This document shows, one piece after another, positions 19,565 to 28,476 of a stretch of DNA of 64,000 nt (position 1 is its first letter; each line of letters starts with the position of its first letter). Location: the NCBI GenBank assembly GCA_963836205.1, contig CAWIIV010000007.1:32001-96000 (forward strand), written 5' to 3'. Made by a program: the position numbers and the translations under genes. This DNA is from an uncultured Acidimicrobiia bacterium. GTDB lineage: Bacteria; Actinomycetota; Acidimicrobiia; Acidimicrobiales; AC-14. The notes below the pieces were generated by a model. That model had not been told where the DNA came from. It ran no database searches and was given only the letters and a program-made list of their open reading frames with translations.

Positions 19565-19960
19565 ATGCGACCCTACGAGGTCATGATCATCATCGACCCC
19601 GGCCTTGACGACGACGTCATCCGGGCCGAGGTCGACCGAGCGGTGGAGCTCATCCGCTCCCGGGGCGGCACCCCCGGGCGGGTCGATCGCTGGGGCCGGC
19701 GGCGCCTGGCCTACGAGATCGCACACAAGCGGGAGGGCTACTACGTCCTGCTGGAGGCCACCGCCGAGCCGGCAGTGATGGCCGAGCTCGACCGCACCCT
19801 CCACCTGGCCGACGCCGTGATCCGGCACAAGGTCATTCGACAGCCCGACCGCCCCGCCGGGAAGGCCCGGCCCGCTTCGACGGCCTCCGCACCGGAGGCC
19901 TCCTCTCTCGCCGCCGAGACGGCTGCAGTAGCACCCCGCACCGACGCGAACGGAGCGTAA
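19565..19960 (+). CDS. rpsF: 30S ribosomal protein S6
   Basis: MRPYEVMIIIDP, WGRRRLAYEI, EGYY, VIRHKV. Ala-rich C-terminal tail. Confidence 0.97.
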   Translation: MRPYEVMIIIDPGLDDDVIRAEVDRAVELIRSRGGTPGRVDRWGRRRLAYEIAHKREGYYVLLEATAEPAVMAELDRTLHLADAVIRHKVIRQPDRPAGKARPASTASAPEASSLAAETAAVAPRTDANGA

Positions 19961-19966
19961 AGAGAG

Positions 19967-20575
19967 ATGTCCAACGGAAACAGCGTCACCCTTGTCGGCA
20001 ACGTCACGCGCGACCCCGAGTTGCGCTTCACCCCCAGCGGCCAGGCCAACGCCTCCTTCGGCCTGGCCGTCAACCGCATCTGGAACGACCGCCAGACCAA
20101 CGAGCGCAAGGAGGCGGTGTCGTTCTTCGACGTCGTCTGCTGGCGGGAGATGGCCGAGAACGTGAGCGAGTCGATCACCAAGGGCGCCCGCGTGCTCGTC
20201 ACCGGCCGCCTCGAGCAGCGCAGTTGGGACGGCGCCGACGGCGAGCGGCGTTCGAAGATCGAGATCATCGCCGACGAGATCGGCCCCAGCCTGCGGTGGG
20301 CCACGGCCGAGGTCCGCAAGAACGACCGGCGGGGCCCGGCCGACGGCGGCGGTGGCGGCGGCCAAGGCGGTGGCGGCTACGGCGGCGGCCAGGGAGGCGG
20401 CTACGGCGGTGGCGGCCAAGGCGGTGGCGGCCAAGGCGGTGGCGGCCAAGGCGGCGGCCAGGGCGGCCAAGGTGGGCAGGCTCCTGCCGGCGGCCAGGGG
20501 GCGGGCAGCTACACCCCGGCGGCGCCGGCCCCGTCCGGCGGGCAGTCGTACGACTACGGGGAGGAACCCTTCTAG
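19967..20575 (+). CDS. ssb: single-stranded DNA-binding protein
   Basis: VTLVGNVTRDPELRFTPSG, GGQGG linker repeats, C-terminal EEPF. Confidence 0.98.
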   Translation: MSNGNSVTLVGNVTRDPELRFTPSGQANASFGLAVNRIWNDRQTNERKEAVSFFDVVCWREMAENVSESITKGARVLVTGRLEQRSWDGADGERRSKIEIIADEIGPSLRWATAEVRKNDRRGPADGGGGGGQGGGGYGGGQGGGYGGGGQGGGGQGGGGQGGGQGGQGGQAPAGGQGAGSYTPAAPAPSGGQSYDYGEEPF

Positions 20576-21021
20576 TGAAGATCATCCTGCGGGCCGACGT
20601 GTCCAACGTCGGCAAGAAGGGCGACGTGGTCGACGTCTCCGAGGGGTACGCCCGCAACTACCTGGTCGCCAAGGGGCTGGGCCTCAAGGCCACCGACGGC
20701 GCCGTGGCCCAGGCCGCGGCCATGCGCCGCTCCCGCGACCTCAAGGACGCCCGCGACCGGGAGTCGGCCGAGAAGCTGGCCCGGGCCCTGGTGCCCGTCG
20801 TCATCCGCATCCCGGCCAAGTCCGGCAGCGAGGGCCGGCTGTTCGGATCGGTCACCGCCAACGACATCGTGGCTGCCATCCAGACCCAGACCGGCGCCGC
20901 CCTCGACCGCCGCCGCCTCCACCTCGACGACCCGATCAAGGCTCTCGGCGTGCACGAGATCCCCGTCCGCCTGCACCCCGAGGTGGAGTTCCGGGTCACG
21001 GTGGAGGTCGTCCCGCAGTAG
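20575..21021 (+). CDS. rplI: 50S ribosomal protein L9
   Basis: GTG overlapping the ssb TAG; KIILRADV..VGKKGDVVDVSEGYARNYL, GRLFGSVT. Confidence 0.97.
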   Translation: MKIILRADVSNVGKKGDVVDVSEGYARNYLVAKGLGLKATDGAVAQAAAMRRSRDLKDARDRESAEKLARALVPVVIRIPAKSGSEGRLFGSVTANDIVAAIQTQTGAALDRRRLHLDDPIKALGVHEIPVRLHPEVEFRVTVEVVPQ

Positions 21022-21123
21022 CCGCCCGCCTCCCCGCCCAGGCTCCCGGCCGGGCGGGCTCGGCCTCCTTCGGCGCGCCCGATCACCCGGAGAGAGGGTG
21101 TTCGACTCCGGCCGGGATGTGGG

Positions 21124-21144
21124 TAGACTACGAACGTATGTTCG
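21124..21144 (+). promoter_or_regulatory. -10 box TAGACT followed by a LexA (SOS) box
   Basis: CGAAC-GTAT-GTTCG at 21131-21144 matches the Gram-positive/actinobacterial CGAAC-N4-GTTCG consensus. Confidence 0.75.
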
Positions 21145-21163
21145 CACCGGGCGACATCCGACT

Positions 21164-21172
21164 TGTGGACAA
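21164..21172 (-). promoter_or_regulatory. DnaA box
   Basis: TTGTCCACA on the minus strand, the actinobacterial consensus, upstream of dnaB. Confidence 0.6.
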
Positions 21173-21262
21173 CCCGTCGTTGTCCGCCCCTTCCTCCCCG
21201 CGAAATCCCGAGGTTTGCGCGCTTACGACCAACAGCCGTTTCGGGGGATGGTGAACCCCTTC

Positions 21263-23953
21263 ATGGCCCAAGTGATCCGCACCGTCGCCCGCCGCACGCC
21301 CGCATCCGGGGCCCGCGTCCCGCCCCACAACCTCCAGGCCGAGGAGTCCCTCCTCGGCGCCATGCTCCTCAGCCGCGACGCCATCGTCTCCGCGGTCGAG
21401 GTCCAGCTCGACGCCGACGACTTCTACAAGCCGGCCCACGGCCACATCTACGACGCCGTCACCTCGCTCTACGCCCAGGGGGAGCCGGCCGACCCGGTCA
21501 CCGTGGCCGACGAGCTGTCCCGGGCCGACCTGCTGGAGGCGGTGGGGGGGGCGGCGGTCCTCATCTCCCTCCAGGCCGGCACCCCCGCCATCGGCAACGC
21601 CGGCCGCTACGCCCGCATCGTCGAGGAGCACGCCCTCCTCCGCCGCCTCATCTCGGTGGCGGGCGACATCGCCGAGATCGGCTACAGCCTGCCCGACGAC
21701 ATCGCGGGGGCGGTCGACCAGGCCGAGGCCCTCGTGTTCGACGTAGCCGAGCGGCGGGTCACCGACTCCATCTCGCCCCTGCGCGACCTCCTCGGCCCCC
21801 ACCTCGACCACCTGGAGGCCCTCTTCGAGCACGACGAGGCCGTCACCGGCGTCCCCACCGGCTTCATCGACCTCGACCAGCAGCTGGCCGGCCTCCAGCC
21901 GTCGAACCTGGTCATCGTGGGTGGCAGGCCGGGTACCGGGAAGACCAGTTTCGCACTGGGCGTGGCCGCCCACGCGGCCATGGCCTCCCACGTCCCGGTG
22001 CTCGTCTTCAGCCTGGAGATGAGCCACCAGGAGCTCACCCACCGTCTGCTGTCCTCGGAGGCTCGGGTCGACGCCACCCGCATGCGCACCGGCCGCCTCA
22101 TGGAGTCCGACTGGCCCAAGATCACCAACGCCATCGGCCGCCTGGCCGAAGCCGACATCTACATCGACGACAACCCCCGCCTCACCGTCATGGAGATCCG
22201 GGCCAAGGCCCGCCGGCTCAAGAGCCGCCACGGCCTGGGGCTGATCGTGGTCGACTACCTCCAGCTCATGAGCGGCCGCTCCGACGCCGAGAACCGCCAG
22301 GTCGAGGTGTCCGAGATCTCCCGTGGCCTCAAGATTCTGGCCCGCGAGCTCGAGGTGCCGGTGGTGGCGCTGTCGCAACTCTCCCGAAATCTTGAATCCC
22401 GGGCCGACAAAAGGCCGGTATTGGCGGATTTACGCGAATCGGGCTGCATGCCGGCCGCCACCAAGCTCATGCGGGCCGACAACGGCCAGGAGATCTCGCT
22501 GGGCGAGCTGGTGCTGGGCCAGGAGCAGCCCCTGGTGTGGTCGGTCGACGAGCACCAGCGGCTGGTGCCGGCCCGGCTGGTCAAGGCGTTCCCCTCGGGT
22601 ATCAGGTCCGTCTTCACCCTGCAGCTGGCCTCGGGCCGCAGCGTCACCGCCACCGCCAACCACCCGTTCCTCACCATCGACGGATGGACCCGGCTCGACG
22701 CCCTGGAGCCGGGGTGCCTCATCGCCACCCCCCGCCGGCTCCCGACCCCACTGCAACCCAACGCGGACTGGACCGACGACGAGCTGATGCTCCTCGCCCA
22801 CCTGCTGGGCGACGGCACCATGGGGTCGAGCTTCAAGTACGCCACCGCCGACCCGGCCAACAAGGAAGTGGTCGAGGACATGGCCCGCCGCCTGTTCGGG
22901 ATCGAGACCGAAGGCGACAAGGTCGGCAACACCTGGCAGCTCTGGTTCCCGAGCCCCTACCGGCTCACGCACGGGGTGCACCACCCGATGCGGAACTGGC
23001 TGGAGCCGCACGGCCTGTGGAGGTCGAGGGCGTGGACCAAGTTCTGCCCCGAGTCGCTCGTCGGCCTCCCCGACGCCCAGGTGGCGCTGTTCCTCCGCCA
23101 CCTGTGGGCCACCGATGGCTCGATCACCATCGGCCGCAACGCCCGGGGCCCCATCGTCTCCACCTACTACGCCACCACCAGCCGGCGCCTGGCCCTCGAC
23201 GTCCAGCGCCTCCTGCTTCGCCTCGGGATCCGGTCCACCATCGGCACTTCCAAGAAGCAGCGAGCCGGCCGTCCCGACGACGCCGGCCGCCAGCACTACC
23301 GGGACGGATTCAGCGTCCGCATCCAGGGTGCTGCCAGCCAGGCGAGGTTCCTGCGCACGGTCGGCTGCCACGGGCAACGGGGCGAGTGCATCCCCGAGGC
23401 CCTGGCGATCCTCGACGGGATCAAGGAGAACCCCAACGTCGACCTGGTGCCTTGGCCGGTCGCGGCCCGGGTTCAGGAGGCCGCCCGCCGGGCGGGCGTC
23501 ACCCAGCGCCAGATCGCGGCCGGCTTGGGGGAGGGCTACTGCGGCAGTTATCTGCTCGGCACTGAGCAGCGTCCCCGCCGGTTCTCCCGCGACCGCCTGG
23601 CCGCCATCGCCGGCATCGTCGGCTCGCAGGAGCTGGCCGACATCGCCTCGTCCGACCTCTACTGGGACGAGGTGGTCGAGGTCACCTCGGGCGGCTCACA
23701 GCCCACGTTCGACGCCACCGTCGAGGGCACCCACAACTTCGTCGCCGACGGCGTCCTGGCCCATAACAGCTTGGAGCAGGACGCCGACGTGGTGATTTTC
23801 ATCTACCGCGACGAGGTCTACAACCGCGACAGCCCCGACCGGGGTACGGCCGAGATCATCGTGGCCAAGCACCGTAACGGCCCCACCGGCGTCACCAACC
23901 TGGCCTTCCTCGACCACTACACGAGGTTCGCCAACATGGCCCGAGGCGTCTAG
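21263..23953 (+). CDS. dnaB: replicative DNA helicase (intein-containing)
   Basis: PPHNLQAEESLLG, GRPGTGKT, FSLEM, IVVDYLQLM, LRESG|intein|SLEQDAD, AKHRNGPTG. Confidence 0.98.
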   Translation: MAQVIRTVARRTPASGARVPPHNLQAEESLLGAMLLSRDAIVSAVEVQLDADDFYKPAHGHIYDAVTSLYAQGEPADPVTVADELSRADLLEAVGGAAVLISLQAGTPAIGNAGRYARIVEEHALLRRLISVAGDIAEIGYSLPDDIAGAVDQAEALVFDVAERRVTDSISPLRDLLGPHLDHLEALFEHDEAVTGVPTGFIDLDQQLAGLQPSNLVIVGGRPGTGKTSFALGVAAHAAMASHVPVLVFSLEMSHQELTHRLLSSEARVDATRMRTGRLMESDWPKITNAIGRLAEADIYIDDNPRLTVMEIRAKARRLKSRHGLGLIVVDYLQLMSGRSDAENRQVEVSEISRGLKILARELEVPVVALSQLSRNLESRADKRPVLADLRESGCMPAATKLMRADNGQEISLGELVLGQEQPLVWSVDEHQRLVPARLVKAFPSGIRSVFTLQLASGRSVTATANHPFLTIDGWTRLDALEPGCLIATPRRLPTPLQPNADWTDDELMLLAHLLGDGTMGSSFKYATADPANKEVVEDMARRLFGIETEGDKVGNTWQLWFPSPYRLTHGVHHPMRNWLEPHGLWRSRAWTKFCPESLVGLPDAQVALFLRHLWATDGSITIGRNARGPIVSTYYATTSRRLALDVQRLLLRLGIRSTIGTSKKQRAGRPDDAGRQHYRDGFSVRIQGAASQARFLRTVGCHGQRGECIPEALAILDGIKENPNVDLVPWPVAARVQEAARRAGVTQRQIAAGLGEGYCGSYLLGTEQRPRRFSRDRLAAIAGIVGSQELADIASSDLYWDEVVEVTSGGSQPTFDATVEGTHNFVADGVLAHNSLEQDADVVIFIYRDEVYNRDSPDRGTAEIIVAKHRNGPTGVTNLAFLDHYTRFANMARGV
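22445..23767 (+). mobile_element. 441-aa intein with LAGLIDADG homing endonuclease
   Basis: Begins with Cys after LRESG, block B TANHPF, LLAHLLGDG and FLRHLWATDG motifs, ends HN before Ser +1. HTH-like segment VTQRQIAAGLG. Confidence 0.95.
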
Positions 23954-24168
23954 CGGGCGAGAGAGGCGGGGCGGCAGCAGCAGGACCCTGATCTAGTTCA
24001 ACAATCGCGGAGATAGTTCCGCACAGGCTCAGCAATCCGTCGGATCTATTTCAGCAACGCCCTCGGCGGAGGCGGAAGGATGTGCCACCCTCTGCGTCGG
24101 GCGCCGACGACGAGGTCGCGACTTACCCTGCGGAACAACTTCAGCGATGTTGTGAGGACCTGCCGTGC

Positions 24169-24633
24169 TCATGCCGCGGCGCTGTATGGAGCCCGCACCC
24201 ACGCCATCGTGACGGCTGCGGCGTTTCGCCGCCTGAGCGCCCCGAGGAGATGCTCCGCGTCCTCCAAGGCCCCCTGATGAGCACGGTCGACCTCGACGAG
24301 CTCGCGTCGGATGGCCACCGCCTGAGATACCGCCCTGCGGGCGGCGGAGATCTCGTCGAAACCCAGCAACAGCCCCAGAAGATGCAAAGAGCTGGCGAGC
24401 TCGGGCAGACGGCGATCGTCAGCTTCGGCGAGCTGGCGGCGGATTTCGACGGCCTCTTTCACTGAAGCCAGGGCGTCCCCTTCCCGCGTTCCCAGCTCCC
24501 CGAGGCGTAGTGCGACTCGATGGAGCGCAGCGGCCAGCTCAGACTGAGCAGTGGGGTTGGGGGCCGCGAGGCGACCGCGCATCCGTACGGCCTCCTCGAG
24601 CGCGGCAAAGCCGGATGCCCCCGGACTCAACAC
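24169..24633 (-). pseudogene. tetratricopeptide-repeat protein, probably a C-terminal remnant
   Basis: Repeats EAV.IRR.LA...LA.SL..L..LLG; no convincing start. Confidence 0.55.
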
Positions 24634-24674
24634 GCCGTCGAGCCAGAAGAGGGCGGGCCGCTCGAACGCGCCGG

Positions 24675-24929
24675 CGCCCGGGCCTCGCGCCTGACGAAGC
24701 CGATCGGGTCTTCGACCGCTTCTACCGTGGCGACCACTCCCGCGCCCGGACGACCGGTGGGTCGGGCCTGGGCCTCGCCATCGCCAAGTCGATCATCGAC
24801 GCCCACGGTGGCCGCGTCGACCTCGTCACGGCCAAGGGTCGGGGCGGCACCTTCACCGTCCGCCTCCCGGCGCGCGCTGGCGATGAGTTTTCGAGTCGCC
24901 ACCCGTCCAAACTCATACCGCCGGGGTAG
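24675..24929 (+). pseudogene. histidine kinase HATPase C-terminal fragment
   Basis: PGL...[30 protein letters not shown]; no upstream HisKA or N-box. Confidence 0.8.
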
Positions 24930-24971
24930 CGACGGCAGGAGCCGCTACCCGACATTCAAGGAGAGAAGACC

Positions 24972-25577
24972 ATGGCAGAACTCCTCGTTGACTTCATCAC
25001 CTCCCTCGACGGCTACGCGTCAGCGGACGGCTGGCCGGGATGGTGGGGGCTGGAAGGGCCTGAGTACCTCGCCTGGCTCGGCGAGCAACCCGAATCCACG
25101 CTGCTGATGGGAGCGAACACGTACCGAGTGATGTCGGGCTTCGCCGCGGGAGAGCTCCCGGCGGGAACGGACGAGTTCAGGCCCGACGAGGCGGCCTCCA
25201 TAGACGAACTGGCGCGAGCGTCGAAGGTCGTCTTCTCCACCTCGCTCGAGGCGCCGCTCATGTGGGCCAACGCCACGCTCGTTCGGGATGACGCGGTCGA
25301 AGCCGTCCGCGCCATGAAGGAGAGCGACTCGGGCCTCCTGAGCACGATCGGCAGCATCAGCCTGTGCCGGTCGCTGCTGCGGGCCGGACTCGTCGATCGC
25401 TTCCGGGTTGTCATGTTCCCGGTGATCACCGGCGCCACGGGAGCAGAGCGCATCTACGACGGCTACCCGGACGTCGCCCTCGAGATGATCGACAACCGCA
25501 CCTTCGACGGCTCTATCCAACTGGTCGAGTACCGGCCCCGCGTGCTCGAGCACCCACCGGTGGATCCCAACGCCTGA
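24972..25577 (+). CDS. dihydrofolate reductase/RibD C-terminal family protein
   Basis: FITSLDGY, LLMGANTY, KVVFSTSL, LLRAGLVD..FPVITG. AAGGAG RBS. Confidence 0.85.
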   Translation: MAELLVDFITSLDGYASADGWPGWWGLEGPEYLAWLGEQPESTLLMGANTYRVMSGFAAGELPAGTDEFRPDEAASIDELARASKVVFSTSLEAPLMWANATLVRDDAVEAVRAMKESDSGLLSTIGSISLCRSLLRAGLVDRFRVVMFPVITGATGAERIYDGYPDVALEMIDNRTFDGSIQLVEYRPRVLEHPPVDPNA

Positions 25578-25618
25578 TTCGAGGTCCAGGCCGGACGTCC
25601 ATTCGACGGCGCCAGCCG

Positions 25619-25972
25619 CTACATCGTCGCCCAGGGCGTGAAGAGCTGCACGGGGCCGCCGCCGGGGAGCTTTGCCCGGAGCTCCGGGCTGGGTTCACCG
25701 AGGAGCTCGCCCGACACCGATCCCGTGGCGATGATCGCGTCCATCAGGTGGGCGAGGTTCTCGCTGTGCCGTATGAGCGCGTCGGAGTCGCAGAACCGCT
25801 CGATGACGATGCATTCCGTTTCGTCGTCATTAAAGTAGGTGTCGTACTGCAGCGTCCCGGTGTCCTGGGTACGGACGATCTCCATGCACTGCTCGGACAG
25901 GCGCTTGAACTCCTCGACGTCGCCGTCGTGGAACCGGAACCTGACAATGGCCTGAAGTTCGGTGGAAGCCAT
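25619..25972 (-). CDS. antibiotic biosynthesis monooxygenase (ABM)-like protein
   Basis: EEFKRL..C.EIVRTQDTGTLQYD.YFN.DETECIV.ER..DS.AL..H. Confidence 0.7.
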   Translation of the reverse strand: MASTELQAIVRFRFHDGDVEEFKRLSEQCMEIVRTQDTGTLQYDTYFNDDETECIVIERFCDSDALIRHSENLAHLMDAIIATGSVSGELLGEPSPELRAKLPGGGPVQLFTPWATM

Positions 25973-26120
25973 GTCCGCTCTCTCCGTCCTGTGGAACCCC
26001 GGGTGGCTGCGCCGACCCAGGGACGACGCGGGGGCCGGGTTCTCGACATCCGATGGCGAGATTCCCCGGCCGCTCGCACGCTCAAACCGCAGGCGACCGC
26101 CCCAGAACGCCGTCCCGCTG

Positions 26121-26687
26121 TCATGATGAGGCGCGTACGCGGTAGTGGAGATGAACGACGCCGTTTCCGAAGCGGCGCTCATCGAGCAGTTCGAGTTGGG
26201 CGCGGACGTTGTCCGGCAGGGCGCGTTTGCCGCCACCAACCACGATCGGGCAGAGGAAGAGATGGCACTCGTCAACCAGCCCGGCGCCGATCGCCTGGCC
26301 GGCGAGCTCGCCGCCGCCGACTGCGATGTCGGCCGTCGAGGACAGCTTCAGCTGCCGGACCGCGTCCGGCTCGAACTCGCGCTCGATCCGAGTCCTGGCG
26401 CTGGATGGCGCCTGAAGCGTCCGTGAGTACACGATCTTCTCAGCTGCCCGCCAGATCCCGGCATATTCCAAGAACACCGTCGGCTCATCGGCCTCGGTGC
26501 TCACGGTCTCCCAGAACACCATCGTCTCGTACATCCGGCGCCCGTAGAGGTAGGTGCCGATCGGCCGCTCGAGATCGTTGACGAACGCATGCACCTCGTC
26601 ATCCGGCGCCGCCCAGTCGAACCTGCCCTCCGCGTCCTCGAAGTACCCGTCAAGCGAGCTGAGTACCGCATAGATCAGCTTGGTCAT
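26121..26687 (-). CDS. dihydrofolate reductase/RibD C-terminal family protein
   Basis: SSLDGYFED..G.FDWA, YLYGRRMYETM, GGGELA..AGLVDE..PIVVGGGK. Confidence 0.88.
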   Translation of the reverse strand: MTKLIYAVLSSLDGYFEDAEGRFDWAAPDDEVHAFVNDLERPIGTYLYGRRMYETMVFWETVSTEADEPTVFLEYAGIWRAAEKIVYSRTLQAPSSARTRIEREFEPDAVRQLKLSSTADIAVGGGELAGQAIGAGLVDECHLFLCPIVVGGGKRALPDNVRAQLELLDERRFGNGVVHLHYRVRASS

Positions 26688-26756
26688 GTCTACTCCAATC
26701 GATCGTTTCTCACCCAGTCCACTGAGACTGCGATCCGCACTCGTGGGCACAGAGCA

Positions 26757-26880
26757 GTCTCGTTGTTCGACTTCGCGCTCACCGACGACGACATGACCCG
26801 GATCGCCACCATGGAAACCGGACCCCCCTCAACTTCGACCACCACGACCCCGCCATTGTCAGCTGGCTCAACAGCCGCAA
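26757..26880 (+). pseudogene. aldo/keto reductase C-terminal fragment
   Basis: LFDFALTDDDMTRIATMETG then frameshifted FDHHDP...WL, the typical AKR tail. Confidence 0.6.
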
Positions 26881-26934
26881 GGGGCCTGACCACGACGCCT
26901 TCTGGGCCGGCGCCCTGACATCCCCAGATCGTGC

Positions 26935-27828
26935 TCAGGAGGTCGGGGCGCTGGCGCGATAGGCGGCGATGACCTGACCGAGGGCCTCCAGGCTGGGCTC
27001 ATGGGTCGTCACGCTGTCGAACCCGTACACCGACTGTCGGCGGCGCAGTTCCTCCGCCGCCTGGTGGGCGTCGGGCGCGAGGAGCACGAAGGGGCTGTCG
27101 AGCACGCCCGCCGCGGTGAGGCCCGGCACGTGCGACGCGATCTCGGCCGCCGCGTCCTCGGGGTCGCGGTCGACGGCGACCATCTGGAGGAGGGCGTCGG
27201 ACCGGTAGGGCCGGGCGCCGGCCAGGCGTCGGACCTCGGCCACTCGCGCTGCCGTCTCCGCCGCCGTCGACACCGTCAACGTCCCGGCGGGTGCCCCCTT
27301 GATCTGCCGGGTACCGGCGAACCCGACGATGTCGGCGTGGCTGGCCGCTACTGCCAGCCCGGCCCGGGACATGGCGCCCACCATCATGGGCACGGGCTGT
27401 TGCACCGGGTGGGGCCGGCACGACTCGTCCGCCAGTCGCCGGCGGACGTCGACGACGGCCGCCTCCATCGCCTGCACCCGTCGCTCGAAGCTAGGCCAGG
27501 GCAGACCGGCGCTGACGTGCTCCGCCTTCACGTGGCCGGCGCCGAGGCCGAGCTCGACTCGTCCGTCGGAGAGCAGGTCGAGGGTGGCGGTCTCCCGGGC
27601 CAGGAGGGCGGTGTTCCAGAAGCCGACGTTGAGCACGTACGTGCGTAGGCGCAGGCGACCGCTGATCGTCCCCGCCGCGGCCAGGATCGAGAAGGGAGCG
27701 AGGGAGCCGAGGTGGTCGGGCGCGGCGAGCACGTCGAAGTCGAGCTCGTCGGCCCGGCGGACCAGTCGTTCGAGGGCCCGGCCCGACGAGGGGAAGCGCA
27801 CGTTGACGCCGAACTGGAGTCCCGGCAT
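26935..27828 (-). CDS. LLM class F420-dependent oxidoreductase
   Basis: PDHLG, ARETATLDLLSDGRVELGLGAG, PVQQPVP, A..HADIVG. Confidence 0.88.
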   Translation of the reverse strand: MPGLQFGVNVRFPSSGRALERLVRRADELDFDVLAAPDHLGSLAPFSILAAAGTISGRLRLRTYVLNVGFWNTALLARETATLDLLSDGRVELGLGAGHVKAEHVSAGLPWPSFERRVQAMEAAVVDVRRRLADESCRPHPVQQPVPMMVGAMSRAGLAVAASHADIVGFAGTRQIKGAPAGTLTVSTAAETAARVAEVRRLAGARPYRSDALLQMVAVDRDPEDAAAEIASHVPGLTAAGVLDSPFVLLAPDAHQAAEELRRRQSVYGFDSVTTHEPSLEALGQVIAAYRASAPTS

Positions 27829-27974
27829 GGGCCCATGGTGGCAGGCCGCGGCGAGCGATTCGGCCGGTGACCCGTACGACGAGACCACGACCGGACGCGC
27901 CGGGCCCCTTGCTGCTCGATGGGTGCCGCGTCAGGCGGCGACGTAGCGGCCGGCGAGCCGGTTGCTCGTCGTGG

Positions 27975-28110
27975 TCGTACCGCCGGTGCGGGAGTCGCAC
28001 TGAAACCCTTGACCACCAGCCAGACGCCGATGGAGAACTCCCAGAGGGCGATGGGGAAGGCGAGCAGCGCGCCCCACGTCGAGACCTGGTCGAAGACCCG
28101 AAGATCGACA
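27975..28110 (-). pseudogene. membrane protein C-terminal fragment (DUF4386-like)
   Basis: FDQVSTWGALLAFPIALWEFSIGVWLVVKGF without an N-terminus. Confidence 0.5.
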
Positions 28111-28202
28111 GCGTGGCGGACACCAGGATGAGGGAGGAAGCGACTCCGCGCCGTTGGGGAGCAGCTTGCTCGCTCAGCGGCAGCGCCATCTCGACGTTGC
28201 GA

Positions 28203-28247
28203 CCGAGGAATTGTTGCGGCCGAGGAATTGTTGCGGCCGAGGAATTG
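28203..28247 (+). repeat. 17-bp tandem repeat CCGAGGAATTGTTGCGG x2.6
   Basis: Seen directly. Confidence 0.9.
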
Positions 28248-28476
28248 ACACCCTTCGCCGACCACGGGGTCGCCCTACCGGGGTGCCCCCGTGCCGTTCA
28301 GGAGGTTCACCCCTGGGGCCGTCTTGGTCGAGGCCGAGAGACCGCGAGCCTCAGCAGGGCGTTTGCGCAGCCGCCGCCCGCCTCCGGCGGGCCGGGGCCG
28401 GGCGTGGCCGTCGTCGTATCCTTGGTGGACTTGGTCGTGCGCCTCGAACCAGGACGGAAACGCCTTGCCTGAGCGT

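Noticed and set aside
20340-20480. GGCGGCCAAGGCGGT repeats
   Set aside because: They encode the ordinary Gly/Gln linker of SSB.
23986-24058. oriC or DNA unwinding element
   Set aside because: No cluster of consensus DnaA boxes and no dnaA/dnaN adjacent. Kept only as an unexplained repeat.
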